From positions 1,088,001-1,152,000 of the forward strand of contig OZ251518.1 of NCBI GenBank assembly GCA_965242965.1: 64,000 nucleotides of DNA, in the 5' to 3' direction. Shown here one piece after another: positions 1-7,917 of this stretch. Position 1 is the first letter of the stretch. Each line of letters opens with the position of its first letter. Position numbers and translations under genes: made by a program. Below the pieces are notes generated by a model. The model saw nothing but the letters and a program-made list of their open reading frames with translations. It ran no database searches and was not told where the DNA came from. This DNA comes from Candidatus Poribacteria bacterium. Lineage in GTDB: Bacteria; Poribacteria; WGA-4E; WGA-3G.

Positions 1-1983
1 AAAGCGTTTCACCTTCTCGGCGACTTTGCGCGGCGGCAAAGTGTCCCACTCCTCAAGCAGTTTTTCAAACATGCTGACGGGCCCGCACCGTTCCATCTTT
101 CGGAGTTGCCCGAATCGGCTCAATTCGGCATAAGTCATCCCCATATCATCCTCGTCTCTTTGCGTGTAGGTTTCGGTGATAGGTTCTAATTCGGCGGTTG
201 GCGGTGCCTCAACAATTTCGGCGAGGGTGGTATAACCGAGGTGGTGTTGGGCCCACTGCAGAAATCTCCGAAGATCACGCTTGCTGATTCCGCCGATGGG
301 ATTGATGTCGCCGCTGCTGCAATCATATTTTGTGAGGTAACCGCGCAGTGCTTCGTCAACGTTGCCTGTGCCGAGGACGAGCAGCGTTCCCTGTCGGTTA
401 CGCACCCAGGGTAAGGTTTGCGCGAACAAATAGCTGAGCACCATCCGCAGGCGCGCTTGGATATTTTGGAGTGCTTGATTCTCCGTGTGTGAGCCGCCCT
501 CCACTTTGAAACGCGGTGTTTTTTGGGTAATGCGCGTAAAAAGTGTTTTCAACGCAGTAACGAGCGCGTCCATATTGATGTCCAGATGATACGCGCCGAT
601 TTGTTCTGCCAAGCGTTTCGCGCGCCGTTGCGTCTCGCGGGAACTATTCTCCGTGCCGAGGTAACAGGTATAGAGCAGCCGATTCGCTAGCACACTCGGT
701 ACTGTGAAAACATCGGGGGTTTCGTCGCCGCGCAGCCACCGCCTTACGTCAGCGATAACCGTCGCCTCCTTTTCGCGAACGGCTCTCGCGACGAGTTGGC
801 ACATTGAACCGACGAGCGTTGCAACTGCCCCGCTATCCGCGCCGCCGGAGAGCGGAATGAAGTAACCTTCGGCACCGGAACGACGCAGGTAATCCCACAG
901 CCAACAAGCGGGCCCAAGCGCAATCTCCTCTTCAGGGATGTGATACCGCGGCTCAATAGGAGTGGTGTTATGAAAGCGAGACAGCGACTTCTCTCCTACC
1001 GGCGAATTCTGCTCGGATGCAGTGAACGGCGACTGCAATTCTGTAAATCCTGTAAATCCTGTAAATCCTGCTTCAAAATCGACATCAATCTGTGGCAGTT
1101 TCTCCGTTTGACTTGCCTGCACGGTGCGACTCGCCTTGGCCCCGCGATAGGAACGGACATCGTGCAAGTTCACCGTTGCCGTGACGACTTCCACATCTGA
1201 TAGCGAGAATTGTGAACCTTGCGCGAGGAGCTCGCCGTTTTGCGCAATCAGTGCGCAGCCGTCAAAATAGAGGCGGCCCCCATCGCAACCCTGCTGGTTC
1301 GCGTAAAGGTAAACGCCGCCGTTTTTCTCAGTTGCGTTCCGGATAAGCGCGATACGCGTATCCAATTTGCGTAACTCATGGTGTGAACCGGAACCGTTGC
1401 CGATAATCTCAACGCCGGCATTACCGAAGTGGATATGCGGACTCATCGGCGCGAACAACTCCTCGCATGTTTCCGATGCCAAGAGGGTATCGCCGAGGGC
1501 AATGGCGGCGATGCCGATAGGCACGGTGCATTGCCCGGTAATCGCGGCAATCTCGCGGGGGAGGCGATAGGGTTCGGTTTGCCACCCGTGCTGCCATGCG
1601 GCGAACCACCGCTGTTCGCGATAGTTGCCATCGCCCGCGAGAATCAGTTTTGGACGAATAAGCAGCAGCTTGCCATCTAACACGAAGACGCGGCAGTTGT
1701 ATCGGACATTCTTGTGCATCACCGGCATGCCGATGTCACAGAGGATGCCGTTGCTGTGGCCGCCTTCAAGAATGCAAGCGAGTGCCTCCCAACTGTGCCA
1801 GAGGGTATCCTGCTCCAAAAAATGGTCTTCGCAAGAATAGCCGGTGACTTCCAACTCCGGCCCTAACCGATACCGCGCGCCGCGCGCTTTGGCGATTTCA
1901 ATTGATTCAATAATACGCGCCGTGTTCCCTTCAAAGTCAAGGCTCCACTGGTTGAGGTTGCACGTTGCAAGAATCGTTTTCAT
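1..1983 (-). CDS. nadE: Glutamine-dependent NAD(+) synthetase, eukaryote-type (3' end runs off window)
   Basis: Manual translation from ATG 1983: MKTILATCNLNQWSLDFEGN...GARYRLGPELE (nitrilase-like glutaminase domain), ETCEEL, LSGGADS P-loop, QNIQARLRMV, GYLTKYDCSSGDINPIGGISK. Absent from the ORF track because it is open at the edge. Confidence 0.95.
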   Translation of the reverse strand, partial: MKTILATCNLNQWSLDFEGNTARIIESIEIAKARGARYRLGPELEVTGYSCEDHFLEQDTLWHSWEALACILEGGHSNGILCDIGMPVMHKNVRYNCRVFVLDGKLLLIRPKLILAGDGNYREQRWFAAWQHGWQTEPYRLPREIAAITGQCTVPIGIAAIALGDTLLASETCEELFAPMSPHIHFGNAGVEIIGNGSGSHHELRKLDTRIALIRNATEKNGGVYLYANQQGCDGGRLYFDGCALIAQNGELLAQGSQFSLSDVEVVTATVNLHDVRSYRGAKASRTVQASQTEKLPQIDVDFEAGFTGFTGFTELQSPFTASEQNSPVGEKSLSRFHNTTPIEPRYHIPEEEIALGPACWLWDYLRRSGAEGYFIPLSGGADSGAVATLVGSMCQLVARAVREKEATVIADVRRWLRGDETPDVFTVPSVLANRLLYTCYLGTENSSRETQRRAKRLAEQIGAYHLDINMDALVTALKTLFTRITQKTPRFKVEGGSHTENQALQNIQARLRMVLSYLFAQTLPWVRNRQGTLLVLGTGNVDEALRGYLTKYDCSSGDINPIGGISKRDLRRFLQWAQHHLGYTTLAEIVEAPPTAELEPITETYTQRDEDDMGMTYAELSRFGQLRKMERCGPVSMFEKLLEEWDTLPPRKVAEKVKRF

Positions 1984-1984
1984 G

Positions 1985-2279
1985 AGCAGGATTTCCAAGA
2001 GTGAGCAGGATTGAGCAGGATTTACAAGATTATCAAGATTTCGCAAGATATGAGCAGGATTTACAAGAGTATCACGATTAGGAGCAGGATTTTCAAGAGA
2101 AGACAAGATTTCACAAGATTAGGTTTCTGGTGCGCCGGCCCGGTTGGGCAGGCCCCGGGGCATTGGTGCATCATGCCCTAGAATCGTGGTAAATCATGAT
2201 AATCGTGCAAATCCTGCTCCTAATCGTGGTAAATCGCGATAATCGTGCAAATCCTGCTCCTAATCCTGCAAATCTTGCT
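1985..2279. repeat. Foldback element, copy 1: 9-mer satellite arms around a GC-rich core
   Basis: Left arm of (A)GGATTTAC(A)-like 9-mers, core TGGTGCGCCGGCCCGGTTGGGCAGGCCCCGGGGCATTGGTGCATCA, right arm of reverse-complement 9-mers; flanked by CATG on both sides. Confidence 0.85.
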
Positions 2280-3571
2280 CATGTCTTCTGTGGCTTCTTA
2301 CGCGCCGCGGGAAACAGGATATTGTTTAGTATCAACCGATACCCCGGCGAATGTTTGTGCAAATCCAAATTCGTCGGAATTTTGCCTTCGCCGACGAGGT
2401 GACGGTAATCCTCCGGATCGTGCCCCCCAAGGAACGTAAACGTGCCTTTGCCGAGTTTGCCGTGGATATACTTCGCATAGTTTGTCCCTTCTACCTGCCC
2501 CAGAATCGTGATAGAACCGCGGATAGTAGCCATGTTAAACGATGTCGTCTGCCCAAGATAACCGGGGACAACGCTCACATGATTTTGCGTGAGCATCGTT
2601 GGAATCGGATCGTGCTTAGCAGCGAACTCAAACAAGGTAAAATCCTCAACCCCACTCTGTGCATCCATGTCCGGACGCGGATTGTCTATATCCGAAAATT
2701 CATAACGGAACGGATTCGTGTAGAGCGTGAAATTTTCAAACGCGAGCGTCCGCTGAAAGTCTAATTTTGCCTGTCCGTTCGCATCTATCGGCGTTCCATC
2801 TAATTCCGGTGCGACGATGTCCACGGCACCACCGCCTGTCGCCAGCGCGATGTCCAGCGTTTCGGGTGCAGAGCACATCGCGAAGATAAATCCGCCGTTG
2901 GTGATGTAGTCCGCAATCATCTGTGCTGTCTGTCCTTTGTGGCGTGCGACGCGCCGGAAACCGGCTTCGTCGGCGGCTTTCTCAAACATCAGCATCCGCT
3001 GCTGATACCAGACCTGGGTGGAGAAAGCGGCGTGGAATTTGCCGTGCTGCCCAGTGAAATCCTCGTGATGGAGGTGCAGCCAGTCGTAGCCTTGCGTCTG
3101 TAGGATGCCGTTCTGCACGTCTTTATCCCAAATTTCGTCGTAAGGAATTTGCGCGTAATCCAGCGCGATTTTAACGGCATCGTCCCAAGGGTCGCGATAC
3201 GGCGAATGCTCTGATGGCGCGTAGACTGCAATCTTCGGTGCTTTCTCCAACAGAATCTCGTCCATGTTGTTGCTCTGAAGGACCGAATCTTTGATAGTGT
3301 TGTATTCAGCGAGGCTCATCGGTTCAAAACGCACGTCCATGAGTGCGGCGCGCACGCGCACGTTTTGCGCATCGGGAAGGACGAACGCGCCGCCGCGGTA
3401 GTTTAACCACCAATAGCATCGATATTCACGCGGTGCTTCTAACGCCCAGTAGGTGAGCCCGTAGGCTTTGAGATGGTTTGTCTGCGCGCCGCTTTCCATC
3501 GGAATGATGAGCCATTGTGCGGCGGCGGTATTCATTAGTAGGAAAAAAAAGCAGAAGTAAAAATGTTTCAT
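2279..3571 (-). CDS. Secreted conserved hypothetical protein (family often annotated 'asparagine synthetase B' in Bacteroidota; GATase-like fold)
   Basis: Signal peptide; motifs NHLKAYG, WLLNYRGG-like, PWDDAV, YDWLHLHHEDFTGQ, FAMCSA, GGHDPED, SPGYRLILNN. Confidence 0.75.
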   Translation of the reverse strand: MKHFYFCFFFLLMNTAAAQWLIIPMESGAQTNHLKAYGLTYWALEAPREYRCYWWLNYRGGAFVLPDAQNVRVRAALMDVRFEPMSLAEYNTIKDSVLQSNNMDEILLEKAPKIAVYAPSEHSPYRDPWDDAVKIALDYAQIPYDEIWDKDVQNGILQTQGYDWLHLHHEDFTGQHGKFHAAFSTQVWYQQRMLMFEKAADEAGFRRVARHKGQTAQMIADYITNGGFIFAMCSAPETLDIALATGGGAVDIVAPELDGTPIDANGQAKLDFQRTLAFENFTLYTNPFRYEFSDIDNPRPDMDAQSGVEDFTLFEFAAKHDPIPTMLTQNHVSVVPGYLGQTTSFNMATIRGSITILGQVEGTNYAKYIHGKLGKGTFTFLGGHDPEDYRHLVGEGKIPTNLDLHKHSPGYRLILNNILFPAARKKPQKT

Positions 3572-3585
3572 TAGTCGTTACTCCG

Positions 3586-3835
3586 AGTAGGATTTAGAGC
3601 AGGATTTTGAACAGGATTTGCACGATTATCAAGATTTCACAGGATTAGGAGCAGGATTTGCACGATTATCATGATTTACCACGATTCTAGGGACTGATGC
3701 ACCAATGCCCCGGGGCCTGCCACAACCGGGCCGGCGCACCAGAGCCCTAATCTTGTGAAATCTTGAAAATCCTGCTCTAAATCGTGATAATCTTGTAAAT
3801 CCTGCTCATATCTTGGTAATCTTGTAAATCCTGCT
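3586..3835. repeat. Foldback element, copy 2 (inverted relative to copy 1)
   Basis: Same 9-mer arms; core TGATGCACCAATGCCCCGGGGCCTGCCACAACCGGGCCGGCGCACCA is the near reverse complement of the copy 1 core. Confidence 0.85.
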
Positions 3836-3858
3836 CCGGATTTGCAAGATGACTATCC

Positions 3859-6762
3859 TCAATTGGAAATCCGGCTCACAACGACAGGCTGATGCCCGAA
3901 TACTACCTGTCCGTGATGCATTAACGGCATTTCGCTAGTTTCAGGGTTCAACGTATCAACTGTCCAGAGCTGCCCGTTGTTCTCATACAAAATCCAGCGG
4001 CCCTCAGGGGGCATCCAGACAGGGTGGCTGCCGCCGTATCGTGTCAACTGCAGTTCTGTCGGGACACCGGTGGCTGAATAGGTGACGAGCCAAATCTGTT
4101 GCGTCGCTTCAGTAGGAAGTTGCGCTTGGGAAGACTCTCCTACAACGGGTGCCTCGGGGCCGACAATGCGGGTAAATACGAGCTGATTCGGATTTGCTGG
4201 AGACCAGGTTGGCTCACTGTCCGCATACGGGGAAACCACAAGGGGCTCAATGCTTTTCTTGACCTGGTCAAACGCATAGATATTTCGCGAAAGGTCGGCT
4301 TCCGCCGAATTTTCAATCGTTCCTTCCGTGACATAGGCGAGTAGGCTTCCGTCCACATTCCACGCCGGTGTGAAGTTACGCTGCGCGGTTGAAGGAACAA
4401 TAAACTCCTCTTCACTCTGAAGGTGCCGAATGACGACACGGTGCCGTTCTCCGAACTCGGCGCGGGTGTAGGCGAGGTAATTCGCATCTGGTGAGAGGGC
4501 AGCCTCGCGCGCCATCGCCCGTGCGCTCAGCACCACGCGTCCCTGCGGTGCAGCGTTGTCGTGAAGGATAATAGCACCTTCCGGTCCTTGATAAAGCAGC
4601 GTGCCATCGCTTGCCACCGTGGGATTAGAGCCGGGACCCAACGCTACCAACCCTGCCACGGCGGAGAGATGCCAGACAACGTTGTCGTAAGCAAAGTAGA
4701 TGATTAACCGTTCTTCCAACGGCAAACCTGATGCCGAAGAGGTCAAGACTGGAGAGTCTTTCCTACCCGCGGGCATATCCGCAGGTGAGGTAACAGCGTC
4801 AAGTATTCTGCTGTCGCCGGCAAGTGCTTCTTGTGTCGGTTTAAATTCTTGTGCCTCAACGAATTTCCAGCCTGCGCCATCAGCCTGCCATAGGAATCCT
4901 ACTCCCTTCGTCCAATATTTCCATTCTTCGTATTGCTTTCCGTTGCGGGTGAACCTGAAAACATCCGCCGGTTGTCCGTACCGCCTCTGAATCTCCCATC
5001 GGCCGCCATCTTCGATTTCCGCCATCGTGCCATTTTCGTCAATGTAAGATGCGAATATCTCAATATCAATATGTGCTGTCGTGCGGCCGGGGTATACGGT
5101 GACAAGCGTTGGCTCACCGCGCACAGGGAAACGGGTGCCGTAAATCCCCACACCATCGGTGATGCCGACATTCCCATCGCCGTTTCCATCGATGACTGCC
5201 ATCACGTAGTAACGCCCCGGTAGCACATTGACGTGGTAAGTTCCGTCGTCTGTCAACGTGATAGGCATCGGCACCGGTGACTGGAAGTCCGACGTATAGG
5301 CGAGACTTAAAACACCGGAAACCTCTTTCATATTCGGCACCGGCGGTTTTCCATCGAACGTGATTCTGCCGGCAATGCTCCCCTGTTTGATATCTGTCTC
5401 AATGCCGGGCAACGCGGTTTGGAGTTGTCCGTTCGCATCATACCTTGCGCTGATGATGATGTCAACGGTGTGCTCTGCCTGTCCTTCGGAATGCGCTTTC
5501 GTTAAGACTAACGGCGTGGGCTGTTGCGCCGTGATGTCTGTGGTCCCGTAGCCGCCTAATCCATCGCCTTCGCTGTATTTGCCGTTTCCATCGGCATCAA
5601 GCGTTGCGATGAGATAGTATTCGCCGGGTGGGAGTTTGAGGCGAAACGTGCTTCCCGCATCAGTTTCGGTACTCGCGAGCGGCCTGACGAAGCGCGAGTC
5701 GGCGTAGGCGTGAACCCGCGCCTGCGCGGCTTGCGGCGGAGACACCGTGCCGATAACCTCAACTAGGGTTTCGCTTTTTTCAAGCATCGCCTGATACTCT
5801 TCGTTCTTACGAACAGCGTCATACGTCGCGGTAATGGCTATCCTTAAATCTTCTGTCCATTTATTAGCAGCGACTAGCACAGGCTGTGGCATCGCGCCGC
5901 GCGCCTGTAGGTTATCAACCCCATAGAACCCGAAATCGTCCCCGGCATCCAAAGTATTCGTGCCGTTGTTATCCAGAATCGCCATGAGGTAATACTTGCC
6001 GGGTGCCAAGTTGAGCGTCCATTCGCCGGAAGGCTCCACTCGCGCGATGCCGGCACGGTATTTCCACGACAAATCGGTGTAGGCGAGGATTAAAGCGTGA
6101 CGTTCCAAAGCAGGATTTACAGGATTTACACGATTTACAGGATTTCCAAGATTTCTAGGATTTCCAGTGTTACGATTTCCGCCAAGTATTAGGCTCCCGC
6201 GGCATCCACTGGTTGCTTTGCTCAGTGCCGTCTGAAATTGCCGGAGTTCACTGGCTCGATATTCGGAGGCAGGCACAATCTGAACCGCGCCATCAATTAT
6301 CTGGACACGGCCGGTTATCGGGATGTGAACGCCGTGAATCTTTTGGTTCTCCTGCAATTCGACGACCTGCTTCTTTTGTCCCTTGTCCCCCCACGCCGTG
6401 ATACCGAAATAGCCGATTCCATCGCCGCCATCAAACTTACCTGATTTGTCGGTATCGACATAAGCGACGAGATAATACCGCCCCGGCTCCACGCCGAGGT
6501 TGAACTTCCCATCGCTGTGCTGCGGGATACCCATGAGGTAGAGCTGCGTTAGCCCTTCATCCCGATAGACAGATACGTTCGCGTGGGAGACATCTTGCCC
6601 TGGCCACACAACTTTGCCAGCGATTATCGCTGTCATTCGTTTCGTTGTTCCGCGGTTTTGTGCGTTTGGTGCCGAAGGTATCTGTGAGAGCGCGGCAAGC
6701 GGATAGAGCGCAATGCATATTAGCGGTAGTAGGCGTAGCAATCGTTTCATACTTTTCTCCAT
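3859..6762 (-). CDS. Secreted multidomain protein: four repeated beta-sandwich domains with DxDxxG loops plus C-terminal TolB/PD40 beta-propeller
   Basis: Signal peptide (MKRLLRLLPLICIALYPLAALS); PGxYYxxAxxDxxxxxxxxxxDxxGxYG-like motif x4; SPDANYLAY, PAWNVDG, EPTWSP, HPVWMP repeats. Confidence 0.75.
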   Translation of the reverse strand: MEKSMKRLLRLLPLICIALYPLAALSQIPSAPNAQNRGTTKRMTAIIAGKVVWPGQDVSHANVSVYRDEGLTQLYLMGIPQHSDGKFNLGVEPGRYYLVAYVDTDKSGKFDGGDGIGYFGITAWGDKGQKKQVVELQENQKIHGVHIPITGRVQIIDGAVQIVPASEYRASELRQFQTALSKATSGCRGSLILGGNRNTGNPRNLGNPVNRVNPVNPALERHALILAYTDLSWKYRAGIARVEPSGEWTLNLAPGKYYLMAILDNNGTNTLDAGDDFGFYGVDNLQARGAMPQPVLVAANKWTEDLRIAITATYDAVRKNEEYQAMLEKSETLVEVIGTVSPPQAAQARVHAYADSRFVRPLASTETDAGSTFRLKLPPGEYYLIATLDADGNGKYSEGDGLGGYGTTDITAQQPTPLVLTKAHSEGQAEHTVDIIISARYDANGQLQTALPGIETDIKQGSIAGRITFDGKPPVPNMKEVSGVLSLAYTSDFQSPVPMPITLTDDGTYHVNVLPGRYYVMAVIDGNGDGNVGITDGVGIYGTRFPVRGEPTLVTVYPGRTTAHIDIEIFASYIDENGTMAEIEDGGRWEIQRRYGQPADVFRFTRNGKQYEEWKYWTKGVGFLWQADGAGWKFVEAQEFKPTQEALAGDSRILDAVTSPADMPAGRKDSPVLTSSASGLPLEERLIIYFAYDNVVWHLSAVAGLVALGPGSNPTVASDGTLLYQGPEGAIILHDNAAPQGRVVLSARAMAREAALSPDANYLAYTRAEFGERHRVVIRHLQSEEEFIVPSTAQRNFTPAWNVDGSLLAYVTEGTIENSAEADLSRNIYAFDQVKKSIEPLVVSPYADSEPTWSPANPNQLVFTRIVGPEAPVVGESSQAQLPTEATQQIWLVTYSATGVPTELQLTRYGGSHPVWMPPEGRWILYENNGQLWTVDTLNPETSEMPLMHHGQVVFGHQPVVVSRISN

Positions 6763-7004
6763 TAGCAGGATGCGTCGTCTTCTTGGTGCGGGTATCGTGC
6801 CAAGTTCGGCGGGACCGGGAGATACGTCCGTCCTTTCTTCCGCTCCTCTATTTCCTGCGCTACCAAATAATCGTGAAGTTCGTCAAGGCTATTGAATTCG
6901 GCGTTGAACTCCCGTTTCATCTGATAGTATTCTTCGAGAATCGGATCTGTGTAAGTTTCCGGATCGAAGTCGGGAATCGGATATTTTTGAGGCGTTTCTT
7001 TCAT
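6762..7004 (-). CDS. Small hypothetical protein (80 aa)
   Basis: GGAGG RBS ~8 nt before ATG 7004; DPILEEYYQMKREF-type small protein; stop overlaps the next start. Confidence 0.65.
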   Translation of the reverse strand: MKETPQKYPIPDFDPETYTDPILEEYYQMKREFNAEFNSLDELHDYLVAQEIEERKKGRTYLPVPPNLARYPHQEDDASC

Positions 7005-7126
7005 TGTCATTTCCTCCATTAGGGTTGTCGGTGTGCAGACAGTGGCGAGGCGAAACCTTGACCGAGGTCTGCCGCGAAATAACTGACAACCCGTATTGAA
7101 ATAGGCACGCTGTCTTCTTCCCATAT

Positions 7127-7155
7127 ATTTTAACATAGAATACCTTTTTTTGCAA
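7127..7155 (-). promoter_or_regulatory. sigma70 promoter for the leftward operon
   Basis: TTGCAA-17-TAAAAT with TG extension on the minus strand. Confidence 0.65.
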
Positions 7156-7171
7156 ATTGAGGCAAATTCGT

Positions 7172-7841
7172 TGTAGGCGAGACCTCCCGGTCTCAATGTT
7201 CCCGTAGCGCGGGGGGCTGTCCCCCGCGATCGTTCGTCTCAAGATGCCGTCTTAGGTCCTTTAGGACCTACATGTCTATAGAAAAACGTGTTGTGCTGTT
7301 TTCAAGGTCCTTTAGGTCCTTAATAAAACACGCGCGGTGTGTCAAAACCTGTTAAGGACCTAAAGGACCTTAGGGTTCTTCGCAGCCTCACGTGCTATAG
7401 ACATTAAGGTCCTACGGACCTAAAACCGTTTTTTTCATCGTAGGGCGAGGGCCTGTCCCTCGCCAGCGTTCCTGCACGCGCCAGGCCCTGTAGGTCAGGA
7501 TCGCCTGATCCTGACCTGTTTGTGATCAGGCAATCACAAACTACAGAGAGGGGAAAACGAAAAAAAAAGGTATTCCTCGTAGGGCGAGGGCCTGTCCCTC
7601 GCCATGCGTTTTGGTGTCAGAACGCCTCCCCCCTGTAGGTCAAGATCGCCCGATCTTGACCCGTTTGTGATCAGGCGATCACAAACTACAGAGGTGGGCC
7701 CGATGCCTTCGCGGTAGGAGGGACATCCTTGTCCCGATACGAAAAATCGAGACCAGAGGTCTCTCCTACTCCAGCGTTCGCGGGGGACAGGCCCCCGCGC
7801 TACGGTAACCGGCACGGTTTCTTGAGTTATGAAACATCCTC
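7172..7841. repeat. Mosaic REP array with TIR at right end
   Basis: GTAG-hairpins (GGCGAGGG-CCTGT-CCCTCGCC; CGCGGGGG..CCCCCGCG; GTCAGGATC-GCCT-GATCCTGAC), CTATAGACAT-AGGTCC hairpins, TTATGAAACATCCTC end. Confidence 0.9.
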
Positions 7842-7846
7842 AGTAA

Positions 7847-7875
7847 ATTATAACACAATTCGCTGAAAATGTCAA
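7847..7875 (-). promoter_or_regulatory. Consensus sigma70 promoter firing into the REP array
   Basis: TTGACA-17-TATAAT with TG extension on the minus strand. Confidence 0.75.
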
Positions 7876-7881
7876 AATAGG

Positions 7882-7911
7882 TTGCAATTTATTGCCAAAT
7901 TAAGGTATACT
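7882..7911 (+). promoter_or_regulatory. sigma70 promoter, probably leaderless, for the R-M gene
   Basis: TTGCAA-18-TATACT, ATG 6 nt downstream, no SD. Confidence 0.6.
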
Positions 7912-7917
7912 TAAATC

